Source: an uncultured Methanoregulaceae archaeon (GTDB taxonomy: Archaea; Halobacteriota; Methanomicrobia; Methanomicrobiales; Methanospirillaceae). Taken from it: a DNA stretch of 64,000 bases. Under the pieces are notes generated by a model that did no database searches, was not told the origin of the DNA, and saw nothing but the letters and a program-made list of their open reading frames with translations. Both the position numbers and the translations under genes were made by a program. The number at the start of each line of letters is the position of its first letter. Positions within the stretch are counted from its first letter, which is position 1. Positions 20,008-29,789 of this stretch are shown piece by piece. The DNA lies in NCBI GenBank assembly GCA_963701095.1, contig OY969564.1, positions 2,240,001-2,304,000 of the forward strand, read 5' to 3'.

Positions 20008-20454
20008 ATGCAGACCATCCCAGACCTCTTCAGGCGTATTTATACTACGCCGGCATACATTGCCCTTATCCCGTCGATCGCAGTAATTATCGATTACACC
20101 CTGACTTTTTTTCTCGCTGAAAATACGGGAATGATTTTACAATGGGAGGCAAGCCCTCTTGTCCGGTTTGCCGTTGCACATAATAGTGTCTCGATTTACA
20201 TAATGGCGATTGTTATATTCTATTATAGCACGGCTTATGTAGTCCTCCACATCTTACAGTCCACTCAATATTATCGATATGGCGTAGCGTTGGTTTTACT
20301 GGTTAGCATAATACATATCCTTGGCGGATTATCGTGGCAATTCAAGACCGCATGGTATTCCAACAGCATTTTTGTGCTTTCATTTTTATCTGTTCTCATT
20401 GCGATCTGCCTTTTCGGGTATACTTTCTTCAGGCAGATTCATTCTTCACAATGA
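20008..20454 (+). CDS. DUF5658-like membrane protein
   Basis: IIDYTLT...EASPL motif plus four TMs. Confidence 0.65.
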   Translation: MQTIPDLFRRIYTTPAYIALIPSIAVIIDYTLTFFLAENTGMILQWEASPLVRFAVAHNSVSIYIMAIVIFYYSTAYVVLHILQSTQYYRYGVALVLLVSIIHILGGLSWQFKTAWYSNSIFVLSFLSVLIAICLFGYTFFRQIHSSQ

Positions 20455-20612
20455 AGATTGCGAACAATGCAAAGATTTTATCACAATAGTTATCTATACT
20501 AATCATATATGGCTATATTTTATTATCCCAAAAGAATATATCTAACTTGGAATAGAATACTTCGTCGAGCAGGTAGTGCGGGTAAAATAAGGGGGAGAAG
20601 GCCCGAACTGAA

Positions 20613-20837
20613 ATGGACGTGAAAAGAACCGTGAGCAGAACACAACCAGACCAGGAAAGAATGAATCATACAATCATTCCCGCCGCTGCCTGTCTCACGC
20701 TTCTCACCGCGGGAAGTCTTTCTATTTATGGGAATTTTGATCTTATTCTGCCTTCCATCATAGCGATCTCAATCGTTTGCATACTTTATTTAGTATTTAT
20801 GATGGTACTTCACAAAAGAAATATTCTTGAAACATAA
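20613..20837 (+). CDS. Small membrane protein, hypothetical
   Basis: Two hydrophobic segments; start may be 20661. Confidence 0.5.
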   Translation: MDVKRTVSRTQPDQERMNHTIIPAAACLTLLTAGSLSIYGNFDLILPSIIAISIVCILYLVFMMVLHKRNILET

Positions 20838-20941
20838 GTCTCTTTTGAACTCTTCACCTATTCGCATAGTAATTCTCTACGTCGTGATTTTAGCATGGCA
20901 TGAATATATCGATCGCGATAACGGTGGAAAGTAGGAAGCCC

Positions 20942-21343
20942 TTACCGATGCGCGATGAGCAGTAATTTGTCTGAATACAAAAGCCAGAAAAGATTCACCG
21001 TGAATGCGAGCATATAAGGAGCACAGGCTACCTGGATGATCCGTGTTCCCAGCCCCTTAAAGTTTCGTTCCATGATATTTGCAACAATGATGGTGAAAAG
21101 GGCAAACATCAGTTTGAGTCCCAGATGAAGGAGCGGCTGGTGCACTATATAATTCATAAAGGGATTTGCCTCAGTTGCCGCTCCTGCCCCTGCACCTTTC
21201 CAGAGAAGAAGGGTTGTCGAGATGACATCAAAAATGACGAGAAAAGTGAGAAAGACCATCCACTGGCTATCGATAGTAATGTCATCGGGGAATAGCGTAT
21301 TTACTATAATTTTCAATCGGGAAGGTAAATTGTTACGCTGCAT
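20942..21343 (-). CDS. DUF5658-family membrane protein
   Basis: FDVISTT...EANPFM...LK motif. Confidence 0.7.
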   Translation of the reverse strand: MQRNNLPSRLKIIVNTLFPDDITIDSQWMVFLTFLVIFDVISTTLLLWKGAGAGAATEANPFMNYIVHQPLLHLGLKLMFALFTIIVANIMERNFKGLGTRIIQVACAPYMLAFTVNLFWLLYSDKLLLIAHR

Positions 21344-21532
21344 CAAAAGGGCGGCTCCGGGTAAAGACTCTTAATATGCTTATTTTCTTAATCCCTATAG
21401 ATAGTTTTAGTCTTTCGCAAAAAGTAAAATCTCATTCAATATGTTTTTTTAATATAGAGATTATACCTTAAGTATAGATACCGGCATGTTCGACTTGCCT
21501 GCTCTTTACTCCCCACCCTGGATCGTGCTGCT

Positions 21533-22216
21533 GTGAACCTAATTATCCTGAAATACGGAATCTTCATCGGGGCTCTTCTTGCAACCACCCTGTACGTCTC
21601 ACCTGCATTAAATCCGCTTTCAGCAGCGTCAGGAGAGCAGAACACCAGCGAGATCAATGCACAATCCGTCTTTGCGTTTGGCTCGCAGGTTTTTTATAAA
21701 CAGGTTTCCCAGCCCGGAAATGAGTATATGCAAGGAAGTGTTCAGGGGTATTCCCAGAACCTGATCCCAAATGATACAGAAAACCAGGCCTATTCCTCAT
21801 CATGGCAGGCTGGTGTTGCAGAATTTGAGTCCGGATATAACCGGTGTACAGCCGCACTTTTTGATCTTGCGTCAGTACCATCGCTGCAGACCAATCAGCA
21901 GAAAATGGCTGTATGTCAGGAGTTTTTGGATGGCGAAAACGAAATGACCCAGGCCAGGAATGATTTCCTTTCAGCTAAGAGCAGTACTTCGCCTGCAGTC
22001 GACTCAGGTTTTACCATTGCCATGGTACTGGAACGGGTTGACGAGATTATCCAGAGTTCGGATGATGCAGACGAGGCCTGCATGAAAGCAGTACTTGCCG
22101 ATCATAATCATGACCCTGCGGGATTTTCACAAAATCTCAAGGATACTCAAAGTGCGGTACAGGAAATGAAACGCGTTTATCCTGAGCTTGAGGTGTTGAG
22201 CACGGATTTTACCTGA
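21533..22216 (+). CDS. Secreted or membrane-anchored helical hypothetical protein
   Basis: N-terminal hydrophobic segment, acidic helical body with four Cys. Confidence 0.65.
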   Translation: MNLIILKYGIFIGALLATTLYVSPALNPLSAASGEQNTSEINAQSVFAFGSQVFYKQVSQPGNEYMQGSVQGYSQNLIPNDTENQAYSSSWQAGVAEFESGYNRCTAALFDLASVPSLQTNQQKMAVCQEFLDGENEMTQARNDFLSAKSSTSPAVDSGFTIAMVLERVDEIIQSSDDADEACMKAVLADHNHDPAGFSQNLKDTQSAVQEMKRVYPELEVLSTDFT

Positions 22217-22306
22217 AATTTGCAGAGCAAAAGGAATGCGATCTATGAGAAAAAACGAAAAGCCGGAGAAATACCAGGAAACCCATCGAAAACAGGTGAT
22301 ATGTGC

Positions 22307-22633
22307 ATGAAATTACCCGATCCAAGAAGACTGTTCGTTGATGACCGAGCCATAAGCGATGAAGAGTTCAGGAATCAAAACATTGTATATTTAATCACCG
22401 CTGCAGTTATGATGATTGCAGGGCCGCTTTTCATCTATCATGGGTTCAATCTCCTTCCGTGGCCGTATACAGCAAAGTGGGGGGCCCTTTCGATTGCTCT
22501 GGGGTCATTTGTCCTCGTCTTCGGTTTTAGCATCTGGCAGGATCGTCAGGTTCAAATCCTGCAGCGGATGTATATCAAAGACGCCACCGAGATAAAACAG
22601 CTCCTGAGGGAATTAAAGGAAGAGAGAAAATAG
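22307..22633 (+). CDS. Two-TM hypothetical protein
   Basis: AGGTGA RBS before ATG at 22301/22307; two TMs. Confidence 0.6.
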   Translation: MKLPDPRRLFVDDRAISDEEFRNQNIVYLITAAVMMIAGPLFIYHGFNLLPWPYTAKWGALSIALGSFVLVFGFSIWQDRQVQILQRMYIKDATEIKQLLRELKEERK

Positions 22634-22779
22634 GAGAGAATGGATATGCAACTGCAATCTCCTGTTTTCGGGGATACTTCTGGAGGAAAAAATGGTGATA
22701 GTGTGATCGCCCAAGTACCTCAGGGAATGCTGGATTGCAGATTTACGAATGCAATGCAACTCCCAAAGAGCAGAGCTGT

Positions 22780-23595
22780 ATGATACTTACACTCCTTTCC
22801 TGGAATGTAAACGGCCTCCGTGAATGTTATGACCGGAAATATTTCTTGCCGGTCTTCCGTCACAACCCGGAAATTGTCTGTATTCAGGAAACAAAAGCCT
22901 CCGAGGAGAAACTCCCGGAGAAGGTGCGGAACCTGTACGGATACCACACGTTTTTTTCTGCTGTGCCCCAGGGAAGTACCGCCGGTGTAGGGCTTTTTTC
23001 CCGGCACAATCCGATTTCTGTTCAGTATGGTTTTGGAAACCCGGTCCTTGATAATAAGGGACGGGTCCTTGTAGCTGATTACGGTAGTTTTGTTCTGCTC
23101 AATATGTCATTCCCGCTTGGGATCAAACCGATGGGAAATCTCGATCATAAACTGAAATTTTACGATGCATTTCTTCTGTACGTGCAATCGTTATGTGAAC
23201 AGAATCGACCGGTAATCATCTGTGGCGATTTCAATGTGGCCCACACTAATCAGGATCTCTATAATCCCCCTAAAAAACAGGTCCGGCAGATTGGCATTTC
23301 ACCGGAAGAACGCAGTCGTCTTGACCAGCTGATAAGTTTTGGCTTTTACGATACGTTCCGGATTTTTCATCAGGGACCTGGTAACTATACCCGGTGGCCG
23401 TTCCAGAATGATTCCCGGCAAAGGAATTTTGGCTGGCGTATAGATTACTGCTTTGTCAGTTCTGCACTCCGAAAGTATGTATCGGATGCCGCAATCATGA
23501 AGGAAGTCAAAGGATCGGATCATTGCCCGGTCATGTTGGAACTGAATCTACCGGAAGCGGAAATGTTCCTTTCTGGATCTAAAACATTGTCGTGA
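22780..23595 (+). CDS. xth: Exodeoxyribonuclease III / AP endonuclease family (variant active site)
   Basis: SWNVNGLR, CIQETK, CGDFNVAH, WRIDY, SDHCP. Confidence 0.9.
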   Translation: MILTLLSWNVNGLRECYDRKYFLPVFRHNPEIVCIQETKASEEKLPEKVRNLYGYHTFFSAVPQGSTAGVGLFSRHNPISVQYGFGNPVLDNKGRVLVADYGSFVLLNMSFPLGIKPMGNLDHKLKFYDAFLLYVQSLCEQNRPVIICGDFNVAHTNQDLYNPPKKQVRQIGISPEERSRLDQLISFGFYDTFRIFHQGPGNYTRWPFQNDSRQRNFGWRIDYCFVSSALRKYVSDAAIMKEVKGSDHCPVMLELNLPEAEMFLSGSKTLS

Positions 23596-23650
23596 TACAA
23601 CAACCCAAAAAAAGTTTTTTTAACGATATCAGTTATAAAAGGTCTGAAAT

Positions 23651-24175
23651 TTATACTGACGAAGTCAGAAGAATTTGCTGTGAATTATCCTTAAAATTTC
23701 CGATAACGATAATCTCATCAGGACCATTGGCTCCTCCAACGTTCGAATAAGTAAACTGTTGATTGACTGTGGGTTTGGGAAGCATCTGGTGAAGAACAAG
23801 CTCACCGGAATTACGAAGCTGGATATCAAGAGAGATGAGTTCTGCATCATCCTTTCCTCCCAGATAAATAATTCTGGCAGTATTACCGATAAGATAACCA
23901 CGAACAGCAACATTTTTTGCCGCAAATAACGTCAGACTACCATCAGGCAATAAAATAAAAGAATCAACCATGGCTTCAGGATTATTACTTGCAAGTTCCG
24001 GGAACATGGATACGTACATCTGCACTGAGAGATTCTGCTCTGGCGAGTGATTGATTATATGATACACTGGAACAGCGATTACTAGAAGAAGCACGAGAAC
24101 AGTGAACCCAATAAAAAATTTCTGAAATACAAGCAGTATGATTATCCCAAAACCTCTGCAATCTGCGGTTTTCAA
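23651..24175 (-). CDS. Type IV pilin-like protein (Methanomicrobiales-type globular domain, atypical N-terminus)
   Basis: KNVAV...IIYLGGKD and C-terminal IIVIGNFKDNSQQILLTSSV resemble the xxYQGGxD / VxGxFxDGxxQ(V/I)LL pilin motifs; TTG start after GGAG. Confidence 0.6.
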   Translation of the reverse strand: MKTADCRGFGIIILLVFQKFFIGFTVLVLLLVIAVPVYHIINHSPEQNLSVQMYVSMFPELASNNPEAMVDSFILLPDGSLTLFAAKNVAVRGYLIGNTARIIYLGGKDDAELISLDIQLRNSGELVLHQMLPKPTVNQQFTYSNVGGANGPDEIIVIGNFKDNSQQILLTSSV

Positions 24176-24300
24176 ACTCCTTTATATGATAAGAATCAGT
24201 TTTTATCTCGCTAAATTCTGTTTTAGATTAATTGCTATTGTTAACTATTGATTTTTGGGACAAAAATATATAAATATTTAGGTACTATGGTAAAATTAAT

Positions 24301-24648
24301 ATGAAAACGGGTTACGGGTGGATTGAGATCTATGCTGTCCGGTATGACCATGATATAATTGTTCACCGCGATCGTTCGATCGAGAAAAGATCCAAGAAAA
24401 AATCCCGCAAATACCGCAGTTTCTTTAAACATACACCTTTGACTGACAGCGAGCTCGCTTTTCTTGAGGAAGAAAAACCCGATATTGTGTATATCGGGAC
24501 CGGACAATTCGGTGATCTTCCCATTACCTCAGAGGCACTTCTGATTCTTGCAAAGTTTGGGGCAATAATCCGGCCGACCCCAGAGATAATGAATTTTTTT
24601 TCCTCTGAATATCGCTCATTTGCAGCTATCCTCCATGTAAAGTGCTGA
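24301..24648 (+). CDS. Mth938/DUF498-like protein
   Basis: YDHDIIV, PDIVYIGTGQFG, PTPE, AILHVKC. Confidence 0.8.
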   Translation: MKTGYGWIEIYAVRYDHDIIVHRDRSIEKRSKKKSRKYRSFFKHTPLTDSELAFLEEEKPDIVYIGTGQFGDLPITSEALLILAKFGAIIRPTPEIMNFFSSEYRSFAAILHVKC

Positions 24649-24852
24649 TGTGAGTTGAAATGCCGGTAAAAGAAAGCCGCTTTTTTAAATTTTTCAGATT
24701 GTAACCATAGGTTCAGATCTTTTTGAAAAACAGCGGGATATCGTTTTTTGAAGCATGATCTGTTTTATTTTCATGGAAATCTATTTAGGGTTTGAAGAAT
24801 AGGTTTTGGATACTCGATATTAACCGGATTTTAAGTATCCTGAAGTGTAATA

Positions 24853-26798
24853 ATGGCTGAAAAACGTGAGATCCTTCATGAGCTCGGCGAAGATGAACTC
24901 CTCCTTCCTACTCTCCTCAACTCCGCCCTGAAAGCGAACGACAGGATCAAATATTATTTTACTCTTCTCCAGGCAGCAAAAAACCATGCAGATAACCCGG
25001 ATCAGAGCCATTCGAATCTTAGGGCTGAACGGGAGTCTGTTGGGATTTCCGATCCTGATCTCGATATAGTTGTTGGCGGTTCAACAAGGGCCGGAGAAAA
25101 AGAATATACCATCCCTTTGGCAGGACTGATTTTTCATGAAATGTCGATAGCCATTGAAGAAATGGTATCTCCCCTTGCCTCAAAAAATTCTCCAGAAGTG
25201 GACAGTTTCAATGAGAGATTTACCCACCTGCGTAGTTCCCTCTCTCTATCCGGAGAAGAACCGGTATCTGGCGATCTTATCAATAATATTACGCTGGCCG
25301 ACCGGGGCAGTGGTACTGACAGCCTTCACCTGCTGGTAATGGATCTTCATAAAGCCATAAATTCGCTGCAGACGCAGATCGCGAACGAAGAAATCGATGG
25401 TGCACTCGGCTATCTTCTCATCGACCCGGATCGGGAAATGGTCCGGGCCTTCATGACTGGCGTCAACCGCACAGCCCCGCTCAAATTCGGTCATCCCGGT
25501 CTTGCGACAATCGCAACCCGAACCGGGGACAAACTGGTAATCCAGAATGATATTGGCCTTACTGATGCACATGTACTCGTCGTCACAGTAAAAGATCAAA
25601 CGATTACCATTACTTATACGGATATTCACCTTCCACGGCTGCATTTCTTTCAGAGTCTCTTCCATCCATTTCGGGTGCAGTGGAGCGATACGATCTCCCG
25701 GACGCCGGAGAAAAAATTCGAAGCCCCGGTATACCACCTTTCCGTGGGAACTTTCACTGCACACGATGAAACAGATGCTTGGGATTTCCTCACTCATGCA
25801 GGGTCGCGTGTCGTCTTTTTAATCGATTGGAACCGGGCCCGGAAAAGATTGCGCAATTTTGTTCCGAATGCTGATGCAATTGAAATTCTTGCCCGTGCAG
25901 CTGAGGAGGAAACAGGGCACATCGCTTTCCTTGAGCTGGGGGGGAAAGGCTGATCTATGAGGCTCTCGAACTGGCATCAAGTATCCCTCTCCGGTACGGT
26001 GAACCGTTACATGCGATTCTTGGCAGGGAGCAGACCATGGAATATCTTCAGTTTGTCCTCCGGACAGCATCGAAGGGACTTCTGGCAAATACGTCCCGTT
26101 TTCTTCTTCAGAATGAGATCCGTGCCGAGCTGCTCCGGTATTTCCGGACGGCACACGAAGGGATGATGGATCTCTGCGAAGAACATGCCTCGTATTCCAT
26201 AGAAATCGCTTCAATCGTCCTTGAATCCTTATGGCTTGCATCTGATCAGCACGATCCTCTGATCATTTCGCGCAATGCCGCCCGGGGGAAGGAATGGGAG
26301 CATAATGCTGACGATCTTGTGAACAGGATGAGGAATCTCTCCCAAAGGATCCAGAACCCGGAATTCTTTATCTCTCTTATCGCAACCGCAGATGACGTCG
26401 CCGACTATCTGGAAGAGGCTGGCTTTTTCATTACCTTGATCCCGGTTCATACCGATTCCAAAGATATTTTCTTTGAGCTCAGGAACCTTGCGGAGCTGGT
26501 CCTGAAGGGATGCCGTGGTTACCTGAAAATCCTGATTGCAGCCCAGGAATTCCATAGCACGAGCCAGCGCGAAGATCTCAAGGATCTGCTGACCGCTGTT
26601 GACGAGGTCTTTTCAATTGAGCGGCTCTGTGACGAATCCCTGAGAAGGACAGAGCGGGTGATCTTTGAGCAGTGCACCGATTTTAAGGAATTCAATCTAT
26701 ACCTCGAGATTGCGAGAACCCTCGAAGAAGCTTCCAATGCCCTTTTGAAAGTTGCTTTCCACGTCAGGGACTACATGATAGAGAGCATGAACCGATAG
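24853..26798 (+). CDS. Large protein with C-terminal DUF47/PhoU-like (phosphate transport regulator) domain; -1 frameshift in the G run at 25938-25944
   Basis: Frames join as LELGG-ERLIYEAL; C-terminal KEWEHNADDL, ADDVADYLEEA, IERLCD, LEEASN are DUF47-type helices. Confidence 0.78.
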
Positions 26799-26810
26799 GA
26801 TGGATACCAA

Positions 26811-28412
26811 ATGACCGACGAAACGCCCCGGATTGTATTTTTCGGACCAGATGTTAAGACAGAAGTATCCTCGGATGATTTCGGGAATAAGGCGTCTGTA
26901 CTGACAAGGATGTCGGCTCTGGGTATCCCGGTGCCCCCTGGGTTTGCCCTATCTGTTGACCTCTGCGAGGAATATTTCCGGAATGGTCAGGTTCTTCCCG
27001 ATGATGTACCTGAATTACTCCGGCAGGGACTTGCCTTCATCGAGCGGTCTACCGGGCTGCGATATGGTGCCAGTCGAAGGCCTCTGCTTGTCTCGGCACG
27101 CTCCGGAGCGGCCGTGAGCATGCCCGGGGCAATGGAGACGATCCTTAATATCGGGCTCAACCGTGTTACCGTGCGAGGCCTTATTGCACAGACCGGGAAC
27201 CCGAGATTTGCCTGGGATTCTTACCGGAGGTTCCTTGAATATTTTGGAACAATTGTTTTCTCCCATGATCCTGGGTCATACCGGAAAATTGAACGCCAGG
27301 TTATGGAAGAGGAACACGTGCCAGATGAATCCGTTCTTGATTTTGCCGCCATGAGAAGCATCGCTGAACAGTACGAACAATTGTATCCCCGTACAAACGG
27401 TAAGCGATTGCCGGATGATGTCTTCTCGCAGCTCGAACTCGCAACAACGGCGATCCTCCAGTCATGGAACAGCTCCCGTGCCCAGGCTTTCAGAAATATG
27501 AATCTCAATTCAGGCGCACGAGGAACTGGTGTTACGATAGAAGCCATGGTTTTTGGAAACCTGGGCTCGCTCTCCGGGGCTGGTGTTGCATTCTCACGAA
27601 ACCCCTTGACCGGCGTTAACGAACTTCTTGTTGATTTCAAGTTCGGCGCACAAGGTGAAGATATTGTATCAGGACTCATGGGGGTCGTGTCGCACCAAGA
27701 ATTCGCCGCAAGGATTCCTCTTGCTGCGCGTGAATTATCCGAGGCTGCGAAGAGACTTGAGTTCATGTACCGTGATATGCAGGATATAGAATTCACGGTT
27801 CAGGAAGGGAAACTTTTCATCCTCCAAAGCAGATCCGGGAAACGCGCTCCGCTCGCCGCCCTGAAAATCGCTGTAGATCTTGTCCACGAAAATATTATTG
27901 CAAAAGACGAAGCAGTTAGCCGGGTGAGGGATATCGATGCAGAGGCGATCACCATTCAGACTATCAAAACCTCTAAATCGCCTCTTGCTGTGGGTATTTC
28001 AGCTTCCATGGGTGTAGCATCTGGGAAAATTGCCCTTAGTGCCGAATACGCAATCGAATTATCTAAAAATTCGCCGGTCATCCTCGTCCGGGAAACCGCA
28101 AATCCGGATGACATTGGTGGTATTGGTGCCTCTCTTGGTATCCTTACGGTGAGAGGTGCAAGAACCTCCCATGCAGCCGTTGTCGCACGACAAATGGGGA
28201 AAGTGTGTATTGTGAGTTGTGGCGACCTGAAAATTGATCTGGCTCGGCGTGCGTGCACCTTCCCCGGACGTGATCTCTACGAGGGTGATTATATCACCCT
28301 TGATGGCGGGAATGGACAGATTTATGAAGGGATCGTTCCCGTGGTAGTGGAGAAACCAGTAGAACTTATTCAAGAGCTGCGTATGTGGAATTCAGATACA
28401 CCTGCCCTATGA
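26811..28412 (+). CDS. Truncated pyruvate,phosphate dikinase-like protein (nucleotide-binding and phospho-His domains only)
   Basis: GNKA, PVPPGF, LLVSARSGA..SMPG.METILN, AMVFGN, DMQDIEFT, LQSR, TSHAAVVAR; ends at 533 aa. Confidence 0.9.
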   Translation: MTDETPRIVFFGPDVKTEVSSDDFGNKASVLTRMSALGIPVPPGFALSVDLCEEYFRNGQVLPDDVPELLRQGLAFIERSTGLRYGASRRPLLVSARSGAAVSMPGAMETILNIGLNRVTVRGLIAQTGNPRFAWDSYRRFLEYFGTIVFSHDPGSYRKIERQVMEEEHVPDESVLDFAAMRSIAEQYEQLYPRTNGKRLPDDVFSQLELATTAILQSWNSSRAQAFRNMNLNSGARGTGVTIEAMVFGNLGSLSGAGVAFSRNPLTGVNELLVDFKFGAQGEDIVSGLMGVVSHQEFAARIPLAARELSEAAKRLEFMYRDMQDIEFTVQEGKLFILQSRSGKRAPLAALKIAVDLVHENIIAKDEAVSRVRDIDAEAITIQTIKTSKSPLAVGISASMGVASGKIALSAEYAIELSKNSPVILVRETANPDDIGGIGASLGILTVRGARTSHAAVVARQMGKVCIVSCGDLKIDLARRACTFPGRDLYEGDYITLDGGNGQIYEGIVPVVVEKPVELIQELRMWNSDTPAL

Positions 28413-28431
28413 CCAGGATGATTCCATCGTT

Positions 28432-28677
28432 TTATTCTTTCTTGTAATCCTTCAGGGAATCAAGCGTTTTCTGATCAACTCGAATTTTTCCTTTAAGCTT
28501 CCGTACCTTTATCCAGGTTTCCAGATATTTCAAAAATCCATTTTTTCCGATGGAAGAGTCATCTAATACTTTCTTTGCTGCCTGGTATTCCGCCGTGGTG
28601 TTTGCAACCTGTTTTTCCGCATCGCGGACGGATTTCTGGTATGCTGCATCAGTCATTCGGGCAGGGAGGGGTTTCAT
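28432..28677 (-). CDS. Small basic coiled-coil hypothetical protein
   Basis: GAGGT RBS; 81 aa. Confidence 0.6.
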   Translation of the reverse strand: MKPLPARMTDAAYQKSVRDAEKQVANTTAEYQAAKKVLDDSSIGKNGFLKYLETWIKVRKLKGKIRVDQKTLDSLKDYKKE

Positions 28678-28699
28678 CTTAATTACCTCTTGAATAAAT

Positions 28700-29434
28700 T
28701 CATGCTGTAATTACATCGATTGATCTTTCGGTGTTCTTATTCCGTGCTGCTGCTTGCTCGATCCGGGCATAATTCCTCAGGATCCTGGTTAATGTATCGT
28801 GTAACTCTTGGTTCTTGGTGAGAAAGATAAACATAACGGTATTGTCGGCTATGATAAGGGGAGAAGATCCTGTCAGTCTCAAAACCTCGTCGAACTTCTT
28901 TTTCGGTTCATCCGGTGCAGGGGGTTTCCTTCTCTGATAGTGCTGGTATATCATGAGGATGGATTCGTTATCGAGGTGTTCATAAAATGTTTTTAGTTCT
29001 GAGAATGCGAGATGTTTTTCTGTGACATTCTTTTCCTTGATCCCCGTATCCGGATCAATAAATATCAATGATTCAATGGGAAAATTCTCGTAGATGCTCT
29101 GGAAATACTCATCGCGTTTCTGTTTTGAGAAGATCTCGTTTTTCTCGATGCGTATCCGGACTTTTTTTTTGTTGATATCATCTTTGAGTTCCTTTATGTA
29201 ACTTTTCAATTCATCATAATAGTGATCGACTTCTTCTGTTCTCCTGAGACGCCGGAAACAGGCTATCAGATCAGTATTTCGGCAACCGGGATTTCCTTTG
29301 AAATCTGGATCGTATTTTGTCAGCATGGGGACGATAACGATACGATCGATTCCACCCTTGAATCCCTTGATGATTGAAGTAATAAGATCATACTTGAACA
29401 GATCTTTAGTATCACCAAAATATTTCGCATTCAT
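28700..29434 (-). CDS. Uncharacterised protein (possible SAM-dependent methyltransferase-like fold)
   Basis: N-terminal YFGD..D..KY, LIFIDPDTG, KH...EL, IYQH motifs. Confidence 0.65.
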   Translation of the reverse strand: MNAKYFGDTKDLFKYDLITSIIKGFKGGIDRIVIVPMLTKYDPDFKGNPGCRNTDLIACFRRLRRTEEVDHYYDELKSYIKELKDDINKKKVRIRIEKNEIFSKQKRDEYFQSIYENFPIESLIFIDPDTGIKEKNVTEKHLAFSELKTFYEHLDNESILMIYQHYQRRKPPAPDEPKKKFDEVLRLTGSSPLIIADNTVMFIFLTKNQELHDTLTRILRNYARIEQAAARNKNTERSIDVITA

Positions 29435-29539
29435 TGTTCAATCCCTGTTGAGAATAGCAAGCGAGACAGTAAAAAAGTATGTTTTCAGGGATTTTTTGTT
29501 GATTTGAATACCCTGATTAGGTAATGTTAAAGAGATCTA

Positions 29540-29695
29540 ATCTATATTGAATTACCTCCTATCCCGTCTGAATTAAAAATATATATAGCCTATTGTGATC
29601 ACTATATTGAAAAGCCTTAAATCTATATCAAAAACGCTAAAAATATATAGTCAAAGGTCGATATGGTGATTGGTGAATTGACATCTGTGGGGGAT
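29540..29695 (+). promoter_or_regulatory. pstS upstream region with phased (C/A)TATAT repeats and a TCTGTGGGGGAT box
   Basis: CTATAT at 29542, 29602 and 29623; ATATAT at 29581 and 29643; 12-mer at 29684-29695. Confidence 0.5.
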
Positions 29696-29789
29696 GAATG
29701 AACTTCACCAGCAAGAACTCCGTGGCAAATCCCTTAATACTACAAATTTTTCTACAAATCCCATCCACGAACACCAAAGGTGAAAAGTA

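Noticed and set aside
25930..25960. Programmed frameshifting or phase variation at the G7 run (and at the other split genes)
   Set aside because: The same kind of indel hits unrelated housekeeping genes, so sequencing error is the simpler explanation
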